From assembly GCA_049513715.1 (NCBI GenBank), contig JBEKVV010000001.1:352001-416000 (forward strand): DNA of 64,000 nt, read 5' to 3'. Below, one piece after another: positions 1-10,631 of this stretch. The stretch's first letter is position 1, and each line of letters opens with the position of its first letter. A model generated the notes under the pieces. The model was not told the DNA's origin. It was given only the letters and a program-made list of their open reading frames with translations, and made no database searches. The position numbers were made by a program, and so were the translations under genes. This DNA is from Candidatus Bathyarchaeia archaeon (GTDB lineage: Archaea > Thermoproteota > Bathyarchaeia > 40CM-2-53-6).

Positions 1-83
1 CTTCTGAAAGGTGAAGCTTCGCGTCGCCGCCACCAACCAACTATATAAAATCCGAATGGTTACCATGCGGAAAGGACTTTCCA

Positions 84-1346
84 ATGCCGCCTAAGTCCAG
101 TTCAGACTCTATTGCGAGGTTTAGGCTGAAACGGACATTGGAAATGTTAGCCTCGAAAGAAGGGCGCGGCACAGAGCTGATCACCCTTTACGTTCCTCCT
201 GAGCGGCGGATTCACGACGTCATGGCCAACCTCAGAGAAGAATCTGGAACAGCTACGAACATCAAATCCAGGACTACAAGGAAAAACGTTCTGGAGGCGA
301 TTGACCGCACGATGCAACGCCTGAGGCTGTTCAAAGAGCCGCCCCCGAATGGCCTTGTGATTTTCTGCGGGGCAATTCCCCACGGTGGCCCTGGAACGGA
401 AAAAATGGAAACATACGTCCTAGAACCCCCGGAACCGATCAATGTGTACTTCTACCGATGCGATGCGAAATTTCACATTGAACCGCTTCTGGCGATGGCG
501 ACGGAGCGGGACGCGTATGGGGTTATTGTGATAGACTCGGCCGATGCGGTCGTGGCAATGGTACGAGGCCAGAGGATGGAAGTCCTGCAGCAGATGAGCT
601 CAGGGATACCTGGGAAGCATCGGGCGGGGGGCCAGTCGGCTCGACGCTTCGAAAGAATCAGAGAGCAAGCGATGAACGATTACTTCCACAGGATTGGGAG
701 ACATTCCTACGAGCTGCTCAGCAAGATCTCAGGGCTGAAAGGAATCATAGTCGGCGGGCCCGGACCAACGAAGTACGACTTTACTGAAGGTGACTACCTC
801 AATTACATGTTGAAAGAGAAGATCCTCGCCACCATTGACACCTCATACGTCGGGGAACAAGGCGTTAATGAGATTATTGCTAAGAGCCAGGATGTCCTCA
901 AGGGCGTTAGGTATCTGGAGGAGAAGAAACTCGTTCAGAGATTCCTCTACGAGATAGGTCACGATACAGGTTTGGGTGTTTACGGGGAGACGCAGGTTCG
1001 CAAGTACCTCAACTTAGGCGTAGTTGACCTACTCCTTGTCTCTGAGAAGATGAACATACTCCACGTTTACACGAAATGTAAGAACTGTGGCGCTGTTGAT
1101 GACGCATTGATACCTCAGGCTGGGTTCGTGAAATTCGAGCAGGATCTCATGGCTAGTGCGTGCAAGAAATGTAATTCTGCCGCCCTCTCTGTGGACGAAA
1201 CGAAAGACTTGGTTGATGAGTTGATTGATATTGCCGAGAAGGCAAACGCGAACGTGGCGGTAATTTCGACCGAGACTGATGAAGGGGTTATGTTGAAGGA
1301 TTCTTTCGGTGGAATCGCAGCGATTTTGCGGTACAAGGCGTCTTAG
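84..1346 (+). CDS. prf1: peptide chain release factor aRF1
   Basis: NIKS, YRCD and GGQS motifs; C-terminal Zn-ribbon insertion; TATA box (tatataaaa) ~40 nt upstream. Confidence 0.97.
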   Translation: MPPKSSSDSIARFRLKRTLEMLASKEGRGTELITLYVPPERRIHDVMANLREESGTATNIKSRTTRKNVLEAIDRTMQRLRLFKEPPPNGLVIFCGAIPHGGPGTEKMETYVLEPPEPINVYFYRCDAKFHIEPLLAMATERDAYGVIVIDSADAVVAMVRGQRMEVLQQMSSGIPGKHRAGGQSARRFERIREQAMNDYFHRIGRHSYELLSKISGLKGIIVGGPGPTKYDFTEGDYLNYMLKEKILATIDTSYVGEQGVNEIIAKSQDVLKGVRYLEEKKLVQRFLYEIGHDTGLGVYGETQVRKYLNLGVVDLLLVSEKMNILHVYTKCKNCGAVDDALIPQAGFVKFEQDLMASACKKCNSAALSVDETKDLVDELIDIAEKANANVAVISTETDEGVMLKDSFGGIAAILRYKAS

Positions 1347-2542
1347 GCAAATCGAATCGACATGAACTCTCGCCTGATCCGCGACACATCCTTCCTGATT
1401 TTCTTCGGGTCCTCGTTGCCACCCCAGAGCCGTGCAATTAGCTCTGCTATTTCGCCCATCTGGGACTCTCGCATTCCCCGCCTGGTCTCTTCACTAGTCC
1501 CGATTCTGATTCCAGCGTCGGCGATTATGTTGGCTTCCTCGAGCCTCCGAGCCAACCGCGCACCTTCCTCGGGCGCCGCAATGTCTACGATCACTTGGTG
1601 GGATTCGGTGAACCCATGTTCCTTTCCGACAAGCTTGACTCCATGCTCGTCGAGCGCAATGGCCAGAGCTTTGCTGTTACGGACCACCTGCTGAGCATAC
1701 TGCCTACCAAATCGTTTCATTTCAGACAGTGCGACGTACATTGCCGCAATTCGGTTCCAGTGAGCATTGTCGACAAGTGCTGGGAGAACAACCTCACGCA
1801 GTGCGTCGGCGTGGTCGTTGGATACGATTAACCCACCTTGCGGCCCGAAGAAACTCTTGTGCGTGGAGCCGATCAATACCTCAGCACCTTCTCTGAGAGG
1901 GTCTTGGAATTGGCCTCCTGCAATCAAACCGAGAACGTGCGCGCCATCAAAGACAATGTTTGCGCCCACTTTGCGGCAGGTGTCAGCTAACTTTTCCACT
2001 GGGTGGGGGAACAGGATCAGACTCGCCCCGAAAATCACAACGCGGGGGCGTTCTTGTTCGATCGCTACTGCTGCCTTTCCGGCATCTATGTTCCAGGCTT
2101 CTTTGTTGAAGGGGAACTCGGTAACCTGGAGCCCATAGAGTCTCGGGTAGCCGTCTTGTGAGATGCCTGGGTAGCCGCCAAAGGACGGGCCCACAACCAT
2201 TACCTTGTCTCCATGGTTTGCTAGGGCTGTGAGTGCGATCATGTCGCATGAGTGGCCCGAGATTGGCCTAACGTCAGCGTACTTTGCGTGGAAAACCTCC
2301 TTCGCCAACTCCTCTGTCTCGTGTTGTAGCTCGTCTGTGTATCGGGTTCCCATGTAGAACCCTTCATGTGAAGTGTAGCGATTAGCAAAGTCGAGGCTCA
2401 GCATTGATCGAACCGTGGGGCTGGAGTAGTTTTCGGATGCAAGGAGGTTGAGACAGTTCTCCAGTCGCCATTTCTCGTGACTGCGTATGATGCGTCGCAG
2501 TGTCGGAGGAATTTTCATTCTCGGTCGCGCGCGCCGCTTCAT
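1343..2542 (-). CDS. glyA: serine hydroxymethyltransferase
   Basis: LLASEN and GSTHKSFFGPQGG PLP-lysine motifs; true start may be a few codons downstream. Confidence 0.93.
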   Translation of the reverse strand: MKRRARPRMKIPPTLRRIIRSHEKWRLENCLNLLASENYSSPTVRSMLSLDFANRYTSHEGFYMGTRYTDELQHETEELAKEVFHAKYADVRPISGHSCDMIALTALANHGDKVMVVGPSFGGYPGISQDGYPRLYGLQVTEFPFNKEAWNIDAGKAAVAIEQERPRVVIFGASLILFPHPVEKLADTCRKVGANIVFDGAHVLGLIAGGQFQDPLREGAEVLIGSTHKSFFGPQGGLIVSNDHADALREVVLPALVDNAHWNRIAAMYVALSEMKRFGRQYAQQVVRNSKALAIALDEHGVKLVGKEHGFTESHQVIVDIAAPEEGARLARRLEEANIIADAGIRIGTSEETRRGMRESQMGEIAELIARLWGGNEDPKKIRKDVSRIRREFMSIRFA

Positions 2543-2552
2543 TATGCTTCGC

Positions 2553-2884
2553 CTATCGTGAAGTAAACTCGAGCTTTCTAATGGGTTGGTTATGTTGGGA
2601 TGAGAACGGAATTCGGTGTCGGCTCAATAACTGTGCGAGAACTCCATCGTGGTTGACGGGGCGTACTAGGAGATGCTTAATTGTGGTTCTAGGGGGCTCG
2701 AGCTCTGACTCTACACTCCCTCCACAAAAGTCCTGATGTGCCATTCCAGATCATTCCGGAGGAGGCGAACATAACCGAAAATCTGCCCTTTCTTCCACAT
2801 CTGCCAAATACCAGCGCTTCTGAAGCCCTCGGCTAGTAGGGTTCGCCGGAAGCGTTCAATGGACCAAGGGGAAATGGAGAGCAC
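2553..2884 (-). pseudogene. small hypothetical protein split by a 1-nt frameshift near 2716
   Basis: GTG-start frame 2884-2711 (…WKKGQIFGYVRLLRNDLEWHIRTFVEG) continues in the adjacent frame as SVESELEPPRTTIKHLL… to 2553. Confidence 0.45.
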
Positions 2885-3013
2885 GTAAAATCACAAGCGA
2901 ATGCTTCCATTAATCCGCGCCGGGACGCCGACATGAGGCACCCTTCGAATTGGTCCAATCTTATGGAGTACGGGTGGGTGTCGGTAATTTTGGGGGGACG
3001 TGTTACTTTGCGC

Positions 3014-3415
3014 CTATACGCGACGCCCGCGCCGGCCACCTGGCCTACGGGTTCCATCGTGGGGAATCGGGGTGACATCTTCGATTCTTCCAATTCTAAA
3101 ACCCGCCCTAGCAAGCATGCGAATCGCCGCTTGCGCACCTGGGCCGGGTGTTCGGGCCTTGTGCCCACCGGGGGCTCTGACACGGATATGAAGTGAAGTT
3201 ATTCCCCTGTCCTTCGCAACCCTGGCCGCCGCCCCGGCCGCCTGCATTGCAGCATAAGGCGACCCCTGCAACCTGTCAGCCTTGACATGTTGTCCGCCCG
3301 CGCTGCGGGAAATCGTCTCTGCCCCGCTAAGGTCGGTAATGTGAACTAGGGTGTTGTTGAATGATGAGTAAATGTTGGCGATGCCCCATCTTTGGGCTAC
3401 TTTCTTCTCAGACAT
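3014..3415 (-). CDS. rps11: 30S ribosomal protein uS11
   Basis: [27 protein letters not shown]…GGRRGRRV. Confidence 0.98.
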   Translation of the reverse strand: MSEKKVAQRWGIANIYSSFNNTLVHITDLSGAETISRSAGGQHVKADRLQGSPYAAMQAAGAAARVAKDRGITSLHIRVRAPGGHKARTPGPGAQAAIRMLARAGFRIGRIEDVTPIPHDGTRRPGGRRGRRV

Positions 3416-3701
3416 CCCACATGTCCTCGCGTTTCAACTGAAGAACGCAAAACAGCAAGCTCGCCATATTTAACCTTGGGGCGAAAGATGTGGCGTCATG
3501 ATTCTTCAGTTTTGGTCTGCTAATTGTCGTATGTGCTCGTTTTCGCGTTTCTCTCTGCATGGTGGCTTGAATGAAAACTCACGGATGGAAGAACTTGTTG
3601 CGCAGTTCAGTTGCTTCTTGGCCAACATTGATGAGGAGATAGGTCATCTCATGTTCCGGACAGAACTGCACAGGTAATTAATCCTCCTCGAACAGTACGC
3701 T

Positions 3702-4190
3702 ATGTCAAAATGGAATGTTGCTTTCCCCTTGAACTACCAAATTCGCTTGGCTTCGAAGTTAGACCTACGCGAAATTTGCTCAATTGAAGACGATTCTTTT
3801 TCCACACCCTATCCGCGCTACCTGATGGCGAAACTGCTTGAGTACAACCCAAGCACGTTCCTCGTTGTCGTTGACGAGTCGGGCAGGCTGTTGGCATACT
3901 GTGTCGCTTCGATAAACGGAAAGTCAGCGCACCTGATTTCTGTCGCAGTTGTGGGGAACGCTCGTAGGAAGGGAGCCGCGACGCTTCTCTTGAGAGGGCT
4001 ATTTGGGCGGCTCGTTGGGTTCGGTGTTGGGGAGGTATGGTTAGAGGTCAACGCCCATGACATGGGCGCGGTTACGCTGTATCTGAAGTTAGGCTTTGAG
4101 AAGTTAATGACTGTTGATAACTACTATTCGGACGGTTCAGCGGCGATTAAGATGCGCCTAAGCCTCAGTTCGGGGGTCGTTCACGAGTAA
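3702..4190 (+). CDS. rimI: GNAT N-terminal acetyltransferase (RimI/Ard1-like)
   Basis: HLISVAV, RRKGAA acetyl-CoA motif, LEV, YYSDG. Confidence 0.85.
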   Translation: MSKWNVAFPLNYQIRLASKLDLREICSIEDDSFSTPYPRYLMAKLLEYNPSTFLVVVDESGRLLAYCVASINGKSAHLISVAVVGNARRKGAATLLLRGLFGRLVGFGVGEVWLEVNAHDMGAVTLYLKLGFEKLMTVDNYYSDGSAAIKMRLSLSSGVVHE

Positions 4191-6529
4191 TGAAATGCCG
4201 TTTCTTTCTCCTTGACGTGAACGAGGCTCACGATGCTGAAAAGCCAACCGTGCGGCTGTGGGGTGTGGACGACGAAGGACATCGAATTGCAATTCTCGCG
4301 ACCCAGATCAAACCTTACTTTTACATCGTTCCTGCAAAGAACGTTGAACTGAAATCGATTCGGGAGAGACTGCTAAAGAGTCATGGTGAATCGATAGAGA
4401 CTGCCCAAGTTACCGAAGAAGGCAAGAAGTTACTCGGACAAGAAAGAACCGTTCTCAAGGTAACCTGCAGTGATTACGAGGCGGTAAATCGTTACTCCAG
4501 GGAAATTCCGAGGCTTCTGGTAGGAGCGCAATGCTATGAGCAGGACATCAGACTCTCGGTTCGGTACATAATTGATTACACGCTGACTCCTTGCGGGTGG
4601 AACCAATGCGACGTAGACGAGGCCGACCTCGGTGGTCTCAGGGTCAACCGCGCATATGTTGCTAGCAGTGTCGTTGCGAGCGTCAGGAAAGAAGAAGATG
4701 AGGCCCCGAAGCTGCGGGTAATGGGGTTCAGCTTACTTACGGCCTCAGAGAGGGGCTCTGCGAAAGCTGAAAGGGACCCAGTTCGCGCAATAGCTGCAGT
4801 TACAAACTCAGGAGAATCAAGAACCTTCGTCAACGAAGGCGACAACGACTCAGCTGCTCTGAACGAGTTTGCATTCTTCGTCAACCAGTTCGACCCCGAC
4901 ATAATTGTGGGTTTCGAAAACAACAGGCTAGACTGGCCGTATTTGATTGAGAGAGCCAAGCTTCGCAATGTAAGGCTCAATGTTGGTAGGGATGGAAGTG
5001 ACCCGCATTCGAGCCTCTTCGGTCATGTTTCCGTCGCGGGCAGGGCGAATCTGGACGTGGCTGACATTGCGGGTGGATTCCCTGAGATTAAAGTCAAAAC
5101 GATCGAAAACTTCGCCAAGTACCTTCAAGTCTCTTCCGCGCGAAAAATCACAACGATCGAAGAATTCGACCGATTCAAGCTCTGGACAGAGAAGCTAGGT
5201 CGAGAAAGACTGCTTCAGGACGTCCATCTCAGGGCTCAGGTCTCTTTGGAACTAGCGGAGGCAACCATCAACTTTCCAATGCAACTATCGACGTTGACTG
5301 GTCTGACGCTGGATCAAGTGGTGGCTGCGGCCGTAGGATTCCGTGTCGACTCATACATAATGAGAGAAGCGTGGCTTCAGGGTGAGTTAATTCCGCCCAG
5401 AAACGAGCAGCCATTCTTCACATACCGGGGCGCAATAGTCCTCGAACCGAAAACAGGAGTACATGAGAATGTCGCGGTGCTGGACTTCACTTCAATGTAC
5501 CCAAGCCTGATGGAAAAATACAACCTCTCGCCGGACACTTTCGTCAAGCCCAGCGAAAAGGCTCTTGAGGACTCAGTGTTCGTTATCCCCGATGTGGGGT
5601 ACAAATTTCGGAAAAAGCCGGATGGATTCTACCGGACCGTCATTAGGGCTCTACTCACACAGCGAAAGAAAGTCAAGGTGGAGCTAGAAACCCTTGAGGA
5701 GAAATCAACCCGTCACAAGGTTTTGAGGGAACGTGAGAGGGCGCTAAAGATCATCACGAATGCGTGTTATGGCTATGCAGGTTGGGTCGGGGCGCGGTGG
5801 TATGTTAGGGAGGTCGCCGAGTCGGCCGCTGCGTTGGGACGGGACACAATCACCAAAACAATCAGCAAGGCAGATTCCCTCGAATTACCCATCATTTATG
5901 GGGATACTGATTCAATCTTCGTCCAGAACGACCCCGAGAAAATCAAGGAACTAACGGCTTGGGCAAAGCGAGAACTCGACTTGGAAATCAGAGTTGCGCA
6001 CAAGTATGTTCGCGTTTTGTTCACCGAGGCTATGAAACGTTACGCAGGACTACAGCCCGACGGCACGCTCGACATTGTGGGCCTGGAAGTTGTTCGCGGC
6101 GACTGGTCAGACATATCCCGACAAGTTCAGGAACGAGTCCTGGAGAGCATTCTTCTCGACCGGTCCACCGAGAACGCTGTCCAACACGTCCGTACGACCA
6201 TTCGAAGATTGCAGAACGGGGAAGTCCCGATCGCCGACTTGACGATTCGCAAAACTCTAACGAAGCCCATCGAGGACTATCAGGTTCGCTCCCCTCACGT
6301 TGAGGTTGCGAAAAAACTCCTGAAGCAGGGGTGGTACTTGGCGGTAGGGGACAAAATCAGTTACGTGATCACGAAAGGGAAAGGCAAACTGTTTGAGAAG
6401 GCGGAGCCTTACGCGCAAGTTAAGCAAGACCAGGTTGATGTTGAGTACTACTTGGAAAACCAGGTGAAACCGGCCGCGATGAGAATCTTGGAGCTGTTCG
6501 GGGTAAGCGAGAAGCAGTTGGCCGACTAG
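4190..6529 (+). CDS. polB: family B DNA polymerase (PolB3-like), exonuclease motifs degenerate
   Basis: DFTSMYPS, KIITNACYGY, YGDTDS and KRYAG polymerase motifs intact. Confidence 0.95.
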   Translation: MKCRFFLLDVNEAHDAEKPTVRLWGVDDEGHRIAILATQIKPYFYIVPAKNVELKSIRERLLKSHGESIETAQVTEEGKKLLGQERTVLKVTCSDYEAVNRYSREIPRLLVGAQCYEQDIRLSVRYIIDYTLTPCGWNQCDVDEADLGGLRVNRAYVASSVVASVRKEEDEAPKLRVMGFSLLTASERGSAKAERDPVRAIAAVTNSGESRTFVNEGDNDSAALNEFAFFVNQFDPDIIVGFENNRLDWPYLIERAKLRNVRLNVGRDGSDPHSSLFGHVSVAGRANLDVADIAGGFPEIKVKTIENFAKYLQVSSARKITTIEEFDRFKLWTEKLGRERLLQDVHLRAQVSLELAEATINFPMQLSTLTGLTLDQVVAAAVGFRVDSYIMREAWLQGELIPPRNEQPFFTYRGAIVLEPKTGVHENVAVLDFTSMYPSLMEKYNLSPDTFVKPSEKALEDSVFVIPDVGYKFRKKPDGFYRTVIRALLTQRKKVKVELETLEEKSTRHKVLRERERALKIITNACYGYAGWVGARWYVREVAESAAALGRDTITKTISKADSLELPIIYGDTDSIFVQNDPEKIKELTAWAKRELDLEIRVAHKYVRVLFTEAMKRYAGLQPDGTLDIVGLEVVRGDWSDISRQVQERVLESILLDRSTENAVQHVRTTIRRLQNGEVPIADLTIRKTLTKPIEDYQVRSPHVEVAKKLLKQGWYLAVGDKISYVITKGKGKLFEKAEPYAQVKQDQVDVEYYLENQVKPAAMRILELFGVSEKQLAD

Positions 6530-7704
6530 GGCGCGCCGGCCACTTCCGGCAACGTCATAATCTTAACTGCGCCCGGCCTTCTCGCAAGCTCGGCAATACG
6601 GTCACCCACCACAGTTTTCACTCCTCGCTCTTCTGCCAGGTCAAGCAGCCTCTGTGTTACAACTCCGTCGAAGATGATTGTGTCGACCCCTTGGTAGTCT
6701 ACTAGTTTGCCTGCAAGCTCGCTCACGGGTAGTTTCGCGATTTCACCCATGCTCTGGTCAAGCAACACGCCCTCAAGTGTTCCTCGCAACTCCTTCGCCT
6801 TTGCCACCATGTTTTGGGGAAGCGGCACGGGGGGCGGTCGCGTCGGCACATGAACGGGTTCCGGTCTAGCGCCCGCTGGTCTTCCGGTCTCGACTGGTAC
6901 TTTCTCGCGGAGGCATCTCATCAGTTCCTTGGGTGTAAGGTCTTCAACTTCCTTGCCCAAGGGGGCGCGGGCCACGAAATCCACTGGAGCGACCTGCATC
7001 AGCTCTTTCAGTATGAGGTCGCCGCCTCTATCACCGTCTAGGTATGCGGTCGTTTCTTTGTTCTTGCATACCTCAATGATTGTCTGCGGAATCTTAGTTC
7101 CCTCAATGGCCAATGCGTTCCTAACGCCACAGCGGAGCAGGTTCACAACATCAGCGCGGCCTTCAACCAGGATAATTGAGCTGCTCGTTGCCACATCCGG
7201 TCCGGCTGGCAAGTGTTCCGGTCCATATTCGACCACGTCGGCTGAGCGGATAACCCCTCCAACCTCTCTCACGACCTCGTCGGTGCTAGGTGAGACTTCG
7301 ATTACCCAGTTGTGCAGAATCGACTTCGCTTTATCCAGTATTTGTTTCCGTTTTTCCTCTCGAATGTCAGCTAACTTGTCGAGGGTAACCTTTGCGTTGC
7401 AAGGCCCAATCCTGTCGACGCTCTCCACTGCCGCAGCAATAATGGCCGTGGAGGTTTTGTCTAAGCTCGAAGGGATTGTTATTACGCCAAAGGTCTTATC
7501 CTGCTTCGACTCCAGAGAAATTTCTATGCGTCCGATTCGGCCGGACTTCTGAAGCTCCCGTAGGTCCAAGTCTGGACCGAACAGGCCTTCCGTTTGTCCG
7601 AAGATGGCGCCAATCACGTCAGGCTTTTCGACGACGCCCTCCACTTCGAAGCGGGCGACTATCATGTATTTCGTTGTAGCCGTAAATTGTGAATTTGTTC
7701 CCAA
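6526..7704 (-). CDS. dnaG: archaeal DnaG-like protein (exosome-associated)
   Basis: KPDVIGAIFGQTEG, VEGRADV, DGDRGG TOPRIM motifs. Confidence 0.96.
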   Translation of the reverse strand: MGTNSQFTATTKYMIVARFEVEGVVEKPDVIGAIFGQTEGLFGPDLDLRELQKSGRIGRIEISLESKQDKTFGVITIPSSLDKTSTAIIAAAVESVDRIGPCNAKVTLDKLADIREEKRKQILDKAKSILHNWVIEVSPSTDEVVREVGGVIRSADVVEYGPEHLPAGPDVATSSSIILVEGRADVVNLLRCGVRNALAIEGTKIPQTIIEVCKNKETTAYLDGDRGGDLILKELMQVAPVDFVARAPLGKEVEDLTPKELMRCLREKVPVETGRPAGARPEPVHVPTRPPPVPLPQNMVAKAKELRGTLEGVLLDQSMGEIAKLPVSELAGKLVDYQGVDTIIFDGVVTQRLLDLAEERGVKTVVGDRIAELARRPGAVKIMTLPEVAGAP

Positions 7705-7896
7705 TTACGAATAATCCTCCTAATGTGCTCACGTGTTCTAAAGTGAGAATCATGAGCAGTCGAACACACCTTCAAGAGTTCGCCATATAAACGCTATGCA
7801 CAGTAACACCCTGCATGCTTCAGTGGAAGAATTGTATTACAAAGAAAACGTATTATGCTCCGCGCCGGTTTCTGCGCTTAACGGTGCAAACACGTC

Positions 7897-8895
7897 TTGG
7901 TCAAAATTGGAATAAACGGTTTCGGCAGAATCGGCCGGTGCTTCTTCAGAGCCTCTAAAGCCAAAGGCCTTGACATCGTCGCTGTCAACGACATAATGGA
8001 CCCGAGAACCGCGGCTCATCTCCTCAAATACGACTCAGTGTTCGGCAAACTCCAGTACGCCGTCAACGTGGGCGCCGACGGTTTCAATGTTGACGGGAAG
8101 GAAGTCAAAGTACTATCCGTCAAGGATCCAGGAGAGATACCCTGGTCCGAGTACGGAGTGAGTATAGTTGTCGAGTCAACAGGCCTCTTCACCGACCGCA
8201 ACCTGGCTGCAAAGCACATGAACGGGGGGGCTAAGAAAGTGCTGATTTCGGCTCCCGCAAAGAATCCAGACATCACGATAGTCCCAGGTGTAAACTTGGA
8301 CAAATACGACCCCAAGGTGCACAATGTAGTCTCGCTAGCTTCATGCACCACCAACTGCGTAACCACGGTCGTTAAGGTGCTCCACGACGAGTGCAAGATT
8401 AGACATGGATTCATGTCGACAACGCACGCTTACACAGGGGACCAACGAATTCATGACCTACCGCACAAGGACCTGAGGCGAGCAAGAGCGGCGGCTCTCT
8501 CGATCATTCCGACATCAACAGGCGCAACCGTCGCAACCACAGAAGTGCTACCCGAATTGAAAGGTAAACTGAGTGGGATGTCACTGAGGGTTCCTGTGCC
8601 TGATGGCTCAATTGTTGACTTCGTCGCGGAAGTAGAACGTGAGGCTACTGTTGAATCCGTGAACAAGGCGTTCCATGCGGCCGCAAATGGGCCAATGAAA
8701 GGGATCCTGGAGTATTCCAACGAGCCACTCGTCTCTGTCGACATAATTGGCAACCCTCACTCATCCGTATTCGACTCACTCTTGACTATGGTTCTGGACA
8801 AAACCCTTGTCAAGGTTCTCGCATGGTACGATAATGAGTGGGGTTACTCCAACCGCCTCGTCGACATGGTGCAAACCATGTCGAAACACCTCTAA
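7897..8895 (+). CDS. gap: type I (bacterial-like) glyceraldehyde-3-phosphate dehydrogenase
   Basis: GINGFGRIGR, ASCTTNC, WYDNEWGY. Confidence 0.97.
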   Translation: MVKIGINGFGRIGRCFFRASKAKGLDIVAVNDIMDPRTAAHLLKYDSVFGKLQYAVNVGADGFNVDGKEVKVLSVKDPGEIPWSEYGVSIVVESTGLFTDRNLAAKHMNGGAKKVLISAPAKNPDITIVPGVNLDKYDPKVHNVVSLASCTTNCVTTVVKVLHDECKIRHGFMSTTHAYTGDQRIHDLPHKDLRRARAAALSIIPTSTGATVATTEVLPELKGKLSGMSLRVPVPDGSIVDFVAEVEREATVESVNKAFHAAANGPMKGILEYSNEPLVSVDIIGNPHSSVFDSLLTMVLDKTLVKVLAWYDNEWGYSNRLVDMVQTMSKHL

Positions 8896-9380
8896 CCCCT
8901 TCTTCGATAACCGGGTTCACGCTTCCTCCCCTTGGTCAGGAGAGGAAGTTCGTAACCAGTCTCGAGGTACGGGTACCCGTGCTCCTCATTTTGAAGCCGG
9001 TGGTAGTACTTCGGCAGTTCCTCGATGCTTCGAATATCTGATTTAGCGAGTCGACGTAACTCGCGCCAAAGAACCAGGTTTGCTCTTACCTTCTGGGAAA
9101 TGAGAATTCGAGCCAAACGTTTCGCTAGGTATACCCCTTGCCTATCAAAGTCTGTTAGAATGATGACTTCCTTCATGTTATCGAGTTCTTCGGCGAAACT
9201 GACGGCATTCATGCGGCTGCTCTGCACACACAATATGCTGCCTGAGATGCCCATTCTCCTGAGCGCGTCTCGATCCCTTTGCCCCTCTACGACTATGGCC
9301 CGGCCCTTTTCGGATTCCTGCTTAATTCTCTCGACGAGTTTTAGAAGTCTCTGAAGCCTCACTTCGACTGTGGCACGCAA
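8892..9380 (-). CDS. small TOPRIM-domain protein
   Basis: IVVEGQRD and LTDFDRQG motifs. Confidence 0.85.
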   Translation of the reverse strand: MRATVEVRLQRLLKLVERIKQESEKGRAIVVEGQRDRDALRRMGISGSILCVQSSRMNAVSFAEELDNMKEVIILTDFDRQGVYLAKRLARILISQKVRANLVLWRELRRLAKSDIRSIEELPKYYHRLQNEEHGYPYLETGYELPLLTKGRKREPGYRRRG

Positions 9381-9389
9381 GTTTCAGGG

Positions 9390-10478
9390 TTACCTTGTGA
9401 GCTGCATTTTTTCCATCTTGCGCAGTAATTCAGGTCTCTTTCGGAATTCTTCGCGAACGGGTTCAAGGGTTTTGATGAGGCCGTCGCCCACTGCGTGCTT
9501 CAAATCCAAAGGATGGATTTTGCCCTCTCTATAATCACGCTCAAGGTCGTCGTATTGCGTAAATGATGCGTTGCCTCCGTACTTTTCGGGCCGATTGATG
9601 TGAACTGCACCTTGCCAGGGGAGCAAGATGTAGCGGACAATTTCCAACACCGGATTATTCTCTGTCTCTTTGGGTGGGCAGTACGCCCCGCGTAGCTTGT
9701 TATGTATGACTCCTGGGTCGTCGTGGATGACGATACTGCTTTCGGATGCGCTCTTGGACATTTTGGAGGCAAATTGTGCGTCAAGTTCTGGGTTCTCATC
9801 CATCTGTGCGGTGTCCATTCTCTTTACGCCCGTTAACCCTGGAATCAAGTGGGTGTGCAGGCTCGTTGGTTTATGCCAGCCCAGCTTATCCGCGACATCG
9901 CGGGCAAGCACATGGGCTTTCCTCTGGTCCATGCCAGCACAGGCTACGTCCAGCTGCATTTCGAAGATGTCTGAAGACTGCATGCATGGGTAGAATGTCG
10001 CCGCAGCCTCCAAGTCCTTGCTATCCATGCCTCTACCCATAATCGGCAAAGCGCGCCAGACCCGGTTCACGTTTACAGATTTGGCAACTCGCACTACCCG
10101 CTCCCAGTATTCTCGTCTTGCAGCCAGGTCGGAAGCCCAAGCATAGGTGACCTTGTCAGGGCTAAGGCCAAGTGCAGTGTAACATTGTTTGAAGTATTCC
10201 CCACACGTATGTATGCTATCCATATGCCCGCCGAGCTTATTGTTAATCCACGCGTGCCAGTCTGCCAGGAACACGGTGAAATCAAAACCAGCTTCAACGA
10301 GATCCAGAATTTTCTTGCCACAAACGAGCCCCATCCCAATGTGCATGGGTCCGCTCGGTTCAAAGCCCCAGTAAGCTCGGGGGCGAGCCTTTGTCTCCAG
10401 CACATTTCGTAACTCTTCCCTGGTAATGACCTCCTCGACGTTCCGTGTCGTCAAGTCAAGTCTCGTTTCAAGGTCCAT
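9390..10478 (-). CDS. tyrS: tyrosyl-tRNA synthetase
   Basis: YWGFEPSG, HIG, GMDQRKAH, KMSKS. Confidence 0.97.
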   Translation of the reverse strand: MDLETRLDLTTRNVEEVITREELRNVLETKARPRAYWGFEPSGPMHIGMGLVCGKKILDLVEAGFDFTVFLADWHAWINNKLGGHMDSIHTCGEYFKQCYTALGLSPDKVTYAWASDLAARREYWERVVRVAKSVNVNRVWRALPIMGRGMDSKDLEAAATFYPCMQSSDIFEMQLDVACAGMDQRKAHVLARDVADKLGWHKPTSLHTHLIPGLTGVKRMDTAQMDENPELDAQFASKMSKSASESSIVIHDDPGVIHNKLRGAYCPPKETENNPVLEIVRYILLPWQGAVHINRPEKYGGNASFTQYDDLERDYREGKIHPLDLKHAVGDGLIKTLEPVREEFRKRPELLRKMEKMQLTR

Positions 10479-10631
10479 TGTTATCTTCCTCCCAGGTATC
10501 CAATCTCACGATGGTGAAGGATGCTTGCTCGTTTCTGAGCGCGTTGCTTTCTGGTGTGATGCCCTATTTCATCATATGTATCGATGTTTGGCTGAATAAG
10601 GTCAATTGTTGAGGAGAACGATTGGTATTCT

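Noticed and set aside
2690..2745. BHB intron explaining the frameshift upstream of glyA
   Set aside because: A hairpin is possible, but I could not form a 4-bp central helix with two 3-nt bulges.
6929..7552. Long antisense or alternate-frame ORFs over housekeeping genes (e.g. 6929-7552, 17024-17572, 60681-61223)
   Set aside because: Shadow ORFs of well-supported genes, with no motifs.
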